The notes below the pieces were generated by a model that was given only the letters and a program-made list of their open reading frames with translations, made no database searches and had not been told where the DNA came from. Positions 36,128-44,886 of a stretch of DNA of 64,000 nucleotides are shown here, one piece after another. The DNA is from Candidatus Latescibacterota bacterium (GTDB lineage: Bacteria; Latescibacterota; UBA2968; GCA-2709665), in the NCBI GenBank assembly GCA_965205485.1, contig OZ242180.1, positions 2,208,001 to 2,272,000 of the forward strand, in the 5' to 3' direction. The translations under genes and the position numbers were made by a program. Numbering within the stretch: the stretch's first letter is position 1; every line of letters starts with the position of its first letter.

Positions 36128-37288
36128 TTACTGGTCGACCACCGACCCGTCGACGTGCAGCCTGGTGACCATCATTCCTTCATCCAGCAGCGGCCGGTGC
36201 GAAAGAAACGGGTATTTCTCCGCGGCGCCTTCCGCGAGTTCCACGCCGATACCGGGGGTATCCGGGATGATCAGGAATCCGTCATCCAGCGCCAGAACGC
36301 CGGACACGATCTCGCTCTTCGGGGGTTCACCTTCGCCCCGCGGGTACTCCTGCAGTGCGAAATTGGGAATGCAGGCAGCAAGCTGAACGCACGCGGCCGT
36401 ACTCACCGGGCTGAGCGGATTGTGCGGCACCACGTCCACGTAGTGCGCCTCGGCGAGGGCCGCGATCTTCTTGCAATGGGTGATGCCGCCCGCCATGCAG
36501 ACGTCCGGCCTTACGTACTGGACCGCGTTTCGCGTCAGGAGCATTTCGAACTCGTAGATGGTGTGAATTCGTTCCCCGGTGGCGATGGGGACCGCGATCT
36601 TCCGGGCGACTTCGGCCATGGCGTCGAGGTTGTCCGGGCGGATGGGATCCTCGTAGAAGAACGGGCGATAGGGTTCGATCGCCCTTCCCAGCACGATCGC
36701 CTCGGCAGGGTCCAGCCGGCGGTGGATTTCAATGCACAGGTCCACCTCGTCGCCAACCGCTTCCCGGTACGCCGCCACGGTCTGGACGGCATCCTGAATC
36801 TTGTCCGTATGGGTCTTGTAATAGGGTACATTTCGGGACTCGTCCAGAAACGGCGTCAGGTGGCCCACGGCGGTAAATCCCTCCGCCTTTGCCTGCACGC
36901 ATCCCTTGAGAAGCTCCTCCTTGGTGCTCCCGATCACGTGGCCGTAGACGCGGGCCTTGTCCCGGCACTTGCCGCCCAGAAGCTGGTAGACCGGTACCCC
37001 GAAAAACTTGCCCGCGATATCCCAGAGGGCGATGTCCACCGCGCTCAGGGCGCCCATGATCGCCGCGCCGCGAAAATGCGTGCAACGGTACAGGACCTGC
37101 CAGTGGTGTTCGATGCGCAGGGGGTCTTTCCCGATCAGATATTCCCTGAAGCTCTTCACCACCTCACCCGAGGCTTCCAGGTATCCCCACGCGCCCGATT
37201 CGCCCAGCCCCACGATCCCCTCGTCCGTATGGACCTCCACAAAGAGATACCGGTCGATCGGCAGGACCTTTACGTCCGTGATTTTCAT
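36128..37288 (-). CDS. Mandelate racemase/enolase superfamily, galactonate dehydratase (DgoD)-like
   Basis: ALSAVDIALWDIAGK, LLGGKCRD, EIHRR, FYEDP, IATGER, RPDVC, PHNP. Confidence 0.9.
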   Translation of the reverse strand: MKITDVKVLPIDRYLFVEVHTDEGIVGLGESGAWGYLEASGEVVKSFREYLIGKDPLRIEHHWQVLYRCTHFRGAAIMGALSAVDIALWDIAGKFFGVPVYQLLGGKCRDKARVYGHVIGSTKEELLKGCVQAKAEGFTAVGHLTPFLDESRNVPYYKTHTDKIQDAVQTVAAYREAVGDEVDLCIEIHRRLDPAEAIVLGRAIEPYRPFFYEDPIRPDNLDAMAEVARKIAVPIATGERIHTIYEFEMLLTRNAVQYVRPDVCMAGGITHCKKIAALAEAHYVDVVPHNPLSPVSTAACVQLAACIPNFALQEYPRGEGEPPKSEIVSGVLALDDGFLIIPDTPGIGVELAEGAAEKYPFLSHRPLLDEGMMVTRLHVDGSVVDQ

Positions 37289-37340
37289 ATATACATCTCC
37301 TTAAGGTGCTGACGGTAGCTCGTTAGTCGCGGTAGGTGTC

Positions 37341-37510
37341 CTTCAATCCCGTCGGAGCCGATCTTGCATTTCGGGTCGTTTTGTACTATACTTGAAACGG
37401 TAATGAGTCGCGGCAGTGCGTCGTAGGTTTCGTCGGGAGGGAGTGGGGGCTTCAATCCCGAGTAAGGATTGGGCCGATCTTGCTTTTTTTCGCCTGATGT
37501 ACTATACTTT
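37341..37510 (+). promoter_or_regulatory. Two tandem sigma70 promoters within a degenerate direct repeat
   Basis: TTGCAT (37364), 17 nt, TATACT (37387) and TTGCTT (37480), 17 nt, TATACT (37503); shared blocks CTTCAATCCCG, GCCGATCTTGC, TGTACTATACTT. Confidence 0.65.
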
Positions 37511-37697
37511 GATCTCCAGCAATGTCAAATTTCAGGCAGGGTTCCAGCAGGCCGAGACGTGAAACCGTCGCTCAATCGTTCACGACACCTCGCTATCTGC
37601 AATGTGATTGGAAGGTCGAGTGGCCGGTTTGGAGCTATTGGAGCGTTTGAATCCTCGGCTGCATTCGCGGGAATTGTGTCAGTTTCAAGGTAACCTT

Positions 37698-37990
37698 ATG
37701 GGGTCGAAAGAGCAACACGATTGACGTGGCGGTCAGGAATTAGTCCACGGCAATCAATGCATTCCGAAAGAAAGTTCGGGCAGTCTGGTCATACCCTGGA
37801 GGCGGAGGATGTGGTAATACGGACCGTCATCACGAGTCAGCTCCAGCCCGCTTTGACTGGTGAGACATAAGTTCCAAGATAACCAGACACCCGAGAATCG
37901 GATGTCCCATCAAGCAACAGAATACGTTGATTCGCTGATTACCTATAACTTGAAACCTCTTTCAGTATTTTTTCGATTATTGACGAAAGA
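37698..37990 (+). pseudogene. Collapsed remnant of a HipA-like kinase gene
   Basis: Ordered fragments in different frames: MGSKE (37698), stop at 37722, ELVHGNQ (37737), KFGQSGHTLE (37772), GNTDRHHE (37813), then PENRMSHQATEYVDSLITYN. Confidence 0.7.
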
Positions 37991-38030
37991 ACCGTTCGAA
38001 CCCTGGATACCTGGCGTGGCGCGACAAAGG

Positions 38031-38762
38031 ATGAGGACTCTTTCTGGCGTGGCAGGACAAAGCACTTGGTTCCCGGTGGGTCGGCTCGATGCCGACGTCA
38101 ATCAGCCGTTGTATCGTTTTCGTTACATCAGAGGGGCGAAACGGGCACAGGCAGAAGCAGGGTTTCCGGAGCTGCTCGAGTTTCCAAACTTGGAAAAAAG
38201 GTACGATTCGCCGCGACTCTTCCCACTCTTTCAGAACCGGGTTATTAACCGGGCGCGACCGGATCTGGCCGATTATCTCAGTTATCTCGACTTGGGTCAG
38301 GGCGCCGATCCCATTGAGATTCTGTCGGCAAGCGGTGGCTCCCGCGTGACAGACGACTACGAGGTTTTCCCTAAACTCGAAAAAGACGAATACGGTAGTT
38401 TCGTCTGCCGTTTCTTCCTGCACGGCTGGCGGCACGTCAATGAATCAGCGCAGGAACGGATCGCGTGCCTTGAAGCTGGCGACGAGCTTTACGTGACGCT
38501 TGAGTTGACCAATCCGAAGACCGGTCTGGCTGTGCAAATCCAGACCGCTGACGACTACTATATGATCGGATGGGCGCCACGCTATCTTGTGGATGATCTG
38601 GTTAAGGCGATGGCTGAGTCGCCCGGCAATTATCGCGCAAGGGTGGTTCGCGTTAATCCGCTACCTGCGCCGTCGAAGCAACGAGTCCTGATCGAGATGA
38701 AGGCTCGTTGGGACGAGCACGAGCCAATGACGGGCGAAGACTTTGTCCCACTTGTCGAGTAA
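38031..38762 (+). CDS. HIRAN domain-containing protein (HipA-kinase-associated type), N-terminus locally frameshifted
   Basis: WFPVGRL, YRFRYIRGA, LFPLFQNRV, RFFLHGWRH, IGWAPRYL, VVRVNP; FLAWQD lies in the +1 frame at 38041. Confidence 0.8.
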   Translation: MRTLSGVAGQSTWFPVGRLDADVNQPLYRFRYIRGAKRAQAEAGFPELLEFPNLEKRYDSPRLFPLFQNRVINRARPDLADYLSYLDLGQGADPIEILSASGGSRVTDDYEVFPKLEKDEYGSFVCRFFLHGWRHVNESAQERIACLEAGDELYVTLELTNPKTGLAVQIQTADDYYMIGWAPRYLVDDLVKAMAESPGNYRARVVRVNPLPAPSKQRVLIEMKARWDEHEPMTGEDFVPLVE

Positions 38763-38822
38763 CATGCAAATCTAGATGTTTTCGGAAGCGTATCGATTCA
38801 ACCCACAACAGGGAGACGACGT

Positions 38823-39257
38823 ATGTACAGGGAGCTTTTATTCGGCGGTGCGGAGATCGATTCCGACAAGGCGAATCTGGGACTGGCGATACTGAGGGTG
38901 ATTGCCGGGCTGAGCATGGCATTCGGACACGGCATCGGGAAGATCCCGCCTTCCGCCGGACTCGTGGCGGGTACGGCCAAGCTGGGATTTCCCCTGCCCG
39001 AGTTCTTCGCCTGGGCGGCCGCGTTCGGGGAGTTCGGCGGCGGGTTGCTGCTGGCGCTGGGTCTGCTGACCAGGCCGGGTACGGCCTTCATGGGATTCAC
39101 GATGCTGGTGGCCGCTTTCGGCGTGCACGCGGCCGATCCGTTCGGCAGGAAGGAACTGGCGCTTCTTTACCTGGCCATCGCGGTGATGTTCCTGCTGGTG
39201 GGCTCAGGAAAATACGGCGTGGACGCCTGTATCAGATCGCGAATCAATCGTTCCTGA
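38823..39257 (+). CDS. DoxX family membrane protein
   Basis: LRVIAG, HGIGK, EFGGGLLLALGLLTR, KELALLY, GSGKYGVD. Confidence 0.93.
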   Translation: MYRELLFGGAEIDSDKANLGLAILRVIAGLSMAFGHGIGKIPPSAGLVAGTAKLGFPLPEFFAWAAAFGEFGGGLLLALGLLTRPGTAFMGFTMLVAAFGVHAADPFGRKELALLYLAIAVMFLLVGSGKYGVDACIRSRINRS

Positions 39258-39305
39258 TTTCAGTGTAAAATTCCCGGATAAGCCACGGTCGGTTCGGTGT
39301 GCCGA

Positions 39306-41408
39306 TCACACCGACGCCAGGGAAAAGGCGTACACCTTGAGGAAGTCCTCGGTGGTCAGATTGACGTCAATTTCCACCGCCTTTCCGTGCTTTCTGACGT
39401 CCTCCAGCGGTTGATCCGACACCAGTTCGCGAACCCCGGCGCATCGTTTGCCTTCCGGCAGCCTGGCTTCGATCCGGAATGCGCCGGGTTCCCTGAAATA
39501 TGACGGCACCGTCACCAGGATCAGGTCCTCGCCCGCCGAAGGCATGATTTCCATGGTCGGCTTCCAGCGGATGTCCAGCGGTCTGACATCCTGCAGCGGC
39601 ACCCTCGGCGGAAAGCCCTTTGCGACCACGGGCAGCCGGTCTCCCACAAGCGACAGAATCAATTGCGCCACCACCTGGCGGGAAAAGCTGAGGACGGTGG
39701 TACCCTCCGGCCTTTGGTCCACCCACCTGGACGGGATGCCCGCCACGAACACGCCGTTACCCCTTCCGAAGCGTTTCAACGTCATCGCCGGTCGTGACGT
39801 CGGGCACCCCTCTTCCTCGAACACCGCCAGCACGTCCGTCTCACCCTCCGTTTCTACCTCTACCGCGAGATCAAGGCCGAGAACCGGGCGGTTCCTGCCC
39901 TTCCAGGGGTCCCACGCGGTTCGTTCATCCGGCCACGGGAGGTTGTCGAACGCCTCGTGGTCGCGCGCAGCCTGGAAGATGCGGGTACCCCCTGCCGGTG
40001 TACACGACGAAATCCCGAATGCCTCGCTGAGAAATGAACCGTTTAACGGGCGTCCCCTCTCGTCCCTCGTAGCGGTCTCACCCATCGCCACCAGTGTACC
40101 GCCTTCGCGCACGTACGCCAGGAGCGCGTCACGCTGGTCGGCTGACAGACACGAGGCATTGGGCAGCACCACAACCGGATAGCGATCGAGGTACTCGGGA
40201 ACCAGCTTCGACGAAGGCAGATACCCGTGTGAAAGACCGAAGTGAGCGGCCATCTGTCCCGTGGAAAACATTCGATTCATGCGCCAGTTCTCACGCCCCC
40301 GTGCGGGCAGCGACTCGTCGCAACACTGCGTTTCCAGGCTGTCCACCACGGCAACGGAGACCACGGGTTCGGTGCGCTCGAAATACGGGTCCAGGCGAAA
40401 CGCCTCCTGAAAGGTCCGGTGCATCGGAGACACCCGCTGTAGCCGGTAGGTATAGGCCGTCACGCGATCCACGCCCAGAGCCGGCGGGACCACGGCCTGC
40501 CACCATCCGTCCCGTTCGTCCAGAGGCCGGTGGAACTCCGGGTGCGACATGCCCTGCCCCAGCATCACGCTCACCTTGTCATCTCCCAGCGTGAAGCCCT
40601 GAAGGAATCGGCAGCACTCGCTAAGGAAAGTTTCGGGAGGTGTAAACAACCCGCTTCCCACGGACGGCAACACGCACGTGTAGTAGGCATCCACGGCCAG
40701 ACCGTCTATGGCTTCGACCATGCCGTCGATGTCCATGCCGCAGACCCATGGGTTGATGTCCCAGAAGGGATGCGGGCCGCTCTGAAATACCGCGCGGACA
40801 CTGTGATCCCGGTTCAGGGCTGTCTTCATCTTTCCGTGCACTTCGTTCCAGCGCCTGAACCGCCAGGTGACCAGGCGCGCTTTCTCGTCCAGGTCCCCGA
40901 ACGGCGGCATGGGGATCCTGCCGCCAAATTCGCCGTCCCAGTCTTCCTGGCAGGTCCGGCAATAGCACGCGATCAGATCCACGTCTCTGCCGAAATACGC
41001 TTCGTCGTTCACCCAGACTTCCGTGAGATTCGGAATACCGCCCAATCGTTCCAGAAAGTCCATATATCGCTTCTGAAACACCTGGTTGTACGGACATCCC
41101 CATACGGCCGGCAGGTTACCCAGTTCCTCGTGGTCCGCATCCTTGCTGAAAACGGCTTTCTGTTCGGGGTGCTCGGCCAGGTGCTGGTAGGCGTATTTCA
41201 TGAATCCGGTGAACGTGGAGACCTCGAGGCCGTATTCCGCCGCTCTCCCGGCCACCTCTTCTACGGCTGCTTCGTGGCCGATTACGGCCGCCACGGTAAC
41301 CTCGTGGTAGCCCAGCTCGGCTACTTCCGGAATCTCGTCCACAAGGGATTCCGGCCGGTTCCGATAGTCCTGCAGGAAAGCGATCCGCTGAATCTTCCGC
41401 TTTTTCAT
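39306..41408 (-). CDS. GH42-like protein with beta-galactosidase trimerisation-like domain
   Basis: GCPY, WVNDEA, ACYCRTC, VDAYY, YPVVVLPNASCLS, YVREGGTLV, FGRGNGVF. Confidence 0.65.
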   Translation of the reverse strand: MKKRKIQRIAFLQDYRNRPESLVDEIPEVAELGYHEVTVAAVIGHEAAVEEVAGRAAEYGLEVSTFTGFMKYAYQHLAEHPEQKAVFSKDADHEELGNLPAVWGCPYNQVFQKRYMDFLERLGGIPNLTEVWVNDEAYFGRDVDLIACYCRTCQEDWDGEFGGRIPMPPFGDLDEKARLVTWRFRRWNEVHGKMKTALNRDHSVRAVFQSGPHPFWDINPWVCGMDIDGMVEAIDGLAVDAYYTCVLPSVGSGLFTPPETFLSECCRFLQGFTLGDDKVSVMLGQGMSHPEFHRPLDERDGWWQAVVPPALGVDRVTAYTYRLQRVSPMHRTFQEAFRLDPYFERTEPVVSVAVVDSLETQCCDESLPARGRENWRMNRMFSTGQMAAHFGLSHGYLPSSKLVPEYLDRYPVVVLPNASCLSADQRDALLAYVREGGTLVAMGETATRDERGRPLNGSFLSEAFGISSCTPAGGTRIFQAARDHEAFDNLPWPDERTAWDPWKGRNRPVLGLDLAVEVETEGETDVLAVFEEEGCPTSRPAMTLKRFGRGNGVFVAGIPSRWVDQRPEGTTVLSFSRQVVAQLILSLVGDRLPVVAKGFPPRVPLQDVRPLDIRWKPTMEIMPSAGEDLILVTVPSYFREPGAFRIEARLPEGKRCAGVRELVSDQPLEDVRKHGKAVEIDVNLTTEDFLKVYAFSLASV

Positions 41409-41530
41409 TGAATCCTCCTGTATAAATATCGGTATTTAACTTGCTCCTGCAGGCAGGTCCGTGGCCGTACTCATTTTGCGGATTGGCCCGTTTCGTGACG
41501 GCGAAATCGCCCGGTAGATCTCCATTTGGT

Positions 41531-42769
41531 CTACCAGTATCCGCGCCACCGGCCCTCCCAGTATCCCCACAGCCATCCGGTCAGGCTGTCCATATCCAGC
41601 AGGCGGGTCTCCACCATCCACTCCGGCGGTACAGGCTGGTTTTCTACCAATGGCATGATAAACCGAAAGGTATCCAGATCCAGGGTTTCCAGAATATGCC
41701 GCGCGGTGGACGTCATGTCCTCGTCCGGGAACCAGGGTTGCGCCGCGACGCAGGCCCTGGCGAAGATGCCCGACCTGCCGGTCGCGGCCGGGCCCGCTCC
41801 CCACAGTGAGGCCGGGAGGATTTCCCGTTCACCGTTTTCCACGTCGAAGGTCCACTGGTAAGCCTGCGCCCCGTTGGGCAGTATGCCGGACCGGACCATA
41901 TCGTAGCTCTGCAGCATCAGGCCGCGCCACAATTCGTGGTTTCCCGGATCGAATTCCATCAGCAGCGCCGGGAGGTACAGGGCGCGCCATCCGATACCGC
42001 CGGTCAGTTTTCCCGTGGGGCGCTCGAATCGGACGCTTGTATCGCAAGCCTCGTACCACCTCTCGATCTCCAGAAGATATTTCGGATCTCCCGTGGCCCG
42101 CCAGGCCAGGTAGAGCAGCGGCGTATGGATGATGGCGTAGGACCACGTGGCATTAGTCCATTTCTCGCCAAGAATGGTTTCCACAAGCGACTCGTGGGTG
42201 TATCCGAAGTAGCCGTGCGGAGAGACATAGTTCCACTTGATGTCGAATTCGGCCATGTCTACGAGGATCTCGTCGACGGCGGCGAGGTCGTCTGACGGCG
42301 CAATGGGCCGGTACGCCGCCAGCCCGACCAGGATGCATTGCACCTGGTCGCCAGACGACTGGTTGCTGTACACGCCGCCATAAGGCTTGCACATGTACCC
42401 TCGCTCGCGCTTTTCCACCCCGAGTCCATGGATATACCTGAGCGCCCCGAACGTGCGCCGGCAGATTGCCAGGACGCGGGGATCGCCATCGCACCGGTAC
42501 CGGTAACTCATCGCGCCGAGATACCATGCCGTGTCCGTGGGCGTATTCTCCCAGGCCCGCCAGACGTGCATCGGCGGCATCCCCACTTCGGCCTCGGTCT
42601 TTCCCTGGAGGTGCCGGTGGCGGTACGCGCCCCGGTAGTCGTCGGCTGACGGCAGCAAGTAATCCTCGGCGCGCACCAGCATGGGCAGCATGCCGTGATC
42701 CTGCACCAGATGGTCCTCGACGACGGCCTGTATTCGGTTCGCCTTCGTTTCGAGTTCGGCGTCGGTCAT
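41531..42769 (-). CDS. Conserved hypothetical protein (possible alpha/alpha-barrel)
   Basis: 412-aa ORF with GGAGG RBS, Trp/Tyr-rich, co-oriented with neighbours; no family recognised. Confidence 0.6.
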   Translation of the reverse strand: MTDAELETKANRIQAVVEDHLVQDHGMLPMLVRAEDYLLPSADDYRGAYRHRHLQGKTEAEVGMPPMHVWRAWENTPTDTAWYLGAMSYRYRCDGDPRVLAICRRTFGALRYIHGLGVEKRERGYMCKPYGGVYSNQSSGDQVQCILVGLAAYRPIAPSDDLAAVDEILVDMAEFDIKWNYVSPHGYFGYTHESLVETILGEKWTNATWSYAIIHTPLLYLAWRATGDPKYLLEIERWYEACDTSVRFERPTGKLTGGIGWRALYLPALLMEFDPGNHELWRGLMLQSYDMVRSGILPNGAQAYQWTFDVENGEREILPASLWGAGPAATGRSGIFARACVAAQPWFPDEDMTSTARHILETLDLDTFRFIMPLVENQPVPPEWMVETRLLDMDSLTGWLWGYWEGRWRGYW

Positions 42770-42851
42770 CCGGCGCCTCCACTGCTCATACGGTTCTCTT
42801 TCTGTCCGTTACGACTTCTCCTGCCATTCCCGATCGGAAACCCGACTGCGG

Positions 42852-43268
42852 TCACTCCACTTCCGATAATTTCGTCTCCTCAGGCACATCGGTCGGGCTT
42901 TGAAAGTACAGGTTATATCCGTCGGGATCGGACATGGACGTGACCCACATCCCGTTGCCGACGTGCGGCTCCGAGGCATCTATGCCCCGGTTCCTTAAAT
43001 TCCGGTAGTATCCGACCGCGTCATCGCAAAAGAAGAAAAGCGAAACGCCTTCACCCTTGTTCTCGCTGAACCGCCGCGAATCGTGTCCTTCGGTCCGGAA
43101 TTCCTGGAGCATCAATTCGGCGTTGCCCATTTGCAGGTTGCACCACCTGATGACGCCTTCGTCGACCCACTTGCCCTCCAGCTCGAAGCCGAGTCCTTCA
43201 ACATAGAACGCCAGCGACGTCCGCATCTCCTTGACGGCGAAAAAGGGGACGGCCCTGTTGACTTCCAT
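42852..43268 (-). CDS. VOC/glyoxalase (bleomycin-resistance-like) protein
   Basis: SLAFYVEGLGF, DPDGYNLYF; GGGAGA before ATG 43268. Confidence 0.88.
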   Translation of the reverse strand: MEVNRAVPFFAVKEMRTSLAFYVEGLGFELEGKWVDEGVIRWCNLQMGNAELMLQEFRTEGHDSRRFSENKGEGVSLFFFCDDAVGYYRNLRNRGIDASEPHVGNGMWVTSMSDPDGYNLYFQSPTDVPEETKLSEVE

Positions 43269-43305
43269 GCGATTCTCCCTGTCGATGTAATTCGGATGTC
43301 TGGTA

Positions 43306-43662
43306 TCAGCGATTCGAAATCTGCAGCGTGTTTCCATCGGGGTCCTTAAAGTCGCAGCACTCGAATTTCGACAGGATGTGATGTTTTCCCATTCTTACTC
43401 CCGCCTTCCGAAGTTCCACTCGCGCCGCGCCGACGTCGTCGACAACGAAAACGAGCTTGTTCCGATTCCGCCCGGGGCAACCGGGTTTTCCCGCGCGATG
43501 GATGGCAACCTCCATCCCGCCGCTGGACAACCTGACCCAGCCAGCGGGGTCGTGGTCCGTCGCTTCCGGCGGCATCAGGACCTTCATTCGCATCACGTCC
43601 CGGTAGAACGAAACCATGCGTTGGACATTATCCGTGAAGTAAATGTATCGCGTTGCCAGCAT
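43306..43662 (-). CDS. VOC/glyoxalase family protein
   Basis: MVSFYRDVM, LVFVVDDV, FKDPDGNTLQI. Confidence 0.88.
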   Translation of the reverse strand: MLATRYIYFTDNVQRMVSFYRDVMRMKVLMPPEATDHDPAGWVRLSSGGMEVAIHRAGKPGCPGRNRNKLVFVVDDVGAARVELRKAGVRMGKHHILSKFECCDFKDPDGNTLQISNR

Positions 43663-43744
43663 GGGATGGATCCTCAATTCGCGTTTCGGCCTTTTGGATC
43701 TGCGTTCCGGGCGCCCGAAGAGGCAGATGCGCCATAGTGCGGGA

Positions 43745-43845
43745 CCTACCCCCTGACCCCCTTCCTGAAGGAAGGGGGAACCGTCGCCACTTGAAGGTAT
43801 TTCGCTTTTCTCCCCTTTCCTTTAGGAGAGGGGCCGGGGGAGAGG
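43745..43845. repeat. Bipartite palindromic REP-like element
   Basis: Hairpins CCCCCTTCC-TGAA-GGAAGGGGG (43757-43778) and CCCCTTTCCT-TT-AGGAGAGGGG (43812-43833), with partly complementary outer ends. Confidence 0.7.
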
Positions 43846-43939
43846 CCTGCGCTCATCGCGGTCATCCACACAATGGCGCTGACTTCACGTGACACGGTTT
43901 TCGTCTCTTGCTTTTGGCTGACGGCTGAGAACTGATAGC

Positions 43940-44827
43940 TTACAGCTTCTTGCGAACCGCCCGCAGCACGGCGTTCAGTTGACGGGTCAGGAATGGCGAT
44001 ACCATACCGACGGTTCCCACCGCATCCATCAGCGGAAACGTGGCGCCATGCCAGCCTCCGCTCCGATCGTTCACGCGTCTTCCGATCGTAACGCCGTCCG
44101 GGCCGATGTGTGAACGGAGCAGGTCGAGGCCATTCCTGATCACTTCAACCGGGAGCGGCCGCCCGGTTCGTCCGTACCATTCCACCAGGAAGTACATCCC
44201 CCGCAGGATGTCATATTCGAAGTAACGGGGAAACAGCGGCTTCAGCCAGGCTCCGTTGATGACGCGGCCATCTTGCCTGGAGCAGACCAGTCGATGTTCG
44301 ATGAGATAGCGTGCGCCCTCGTCCAGGAATCTCTGTTCGGCATCCGTATAGTTCCGGTTGGTGAAAAACAGAATCGCTTCCAGCGGAGGCAGCGTGGATA
44401 CGATTGAGCTCTTTCTCGACCCGCGACAGGCAGCCGGCGAGCAGTTCAAGCCGCCGTCGGGCAACTGGTGTTGCAGGAACCAATCCCGAACCCAGGGGAG
44501 TTCGGCATCCACGTCGCAGCCGCATGACGCGAGTATCATATAGAATACGCCCAACTCGCAGTGACAACAGTCCATTTTCGCCCGGTCGGAATCCGTTTGC
44601 GGTGCATCAGCCGGATCGACAACAAACCTGGGCCAGGCACCGTCTTTGAGCAGTTTCAGCGCCCTGGCGACAGCCAACTCCGGGATTCGTCCGGATTCTC
44701 CCATCTCGTACAATGCGGCCATATGCCACCAGGGGCCGTTCCATTTCTTCCGGCTCTTCCGGTCGGGCACGTGAAAGATCTCGTCTGAATCCAGAACTTC
44801 CAATGTCAGGTCGTACGCGCGTTGCAT
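43940..44827 (-). CDS. Hypothetical protein with prenyltransferase/squalene-cyclase-like QW repeat
   Basis: WFLQHQLPDGGLNC, YLIEHRL, FPRYFEYDILRG. Confidence 0.65.
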   Translation of the reverse strand: MQRAYDLTLEVLDSDEIFHVPDRKSRKKWNGPWWHMAALYEMGESGRIPELAVARALKLLKDGAWPRFVVDPADAPQTDSDRAKMDCCHCELGVFYMILASCGCDVDAELPWVRDWFLQHQLPDGGLNCSPAACRGSRKSSIVSTLPPLEAILFFTNRNYTDAEQRFLDEGARYLIEHRLVCSRQDGRVINGAWLKPLFPRYFEYDILRGMYFLVEWYGRTGRPLPVEVIRNGLDLLRSHIGPDGVTIGRRVNDRSGGWHGATFPLMDAVGTVGMVSPFLTRQLNAVLRAVRKKL

Positions 44828-44886
44828 TCCGGCTCCTGTTGCGCCACCCCGATTTTTCAACCGGGCCGATGCCAGAGACGCTGGAA

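Noticed and set aside
37341..37460. CTTCAATCCCG twice, resembling the start of a CRISPR repeat
   Set aside because: Only two 11-bp copies 109 bp apart, no repeat-spacer periodicity and no cas genes; better explained as a duplicated promoter.
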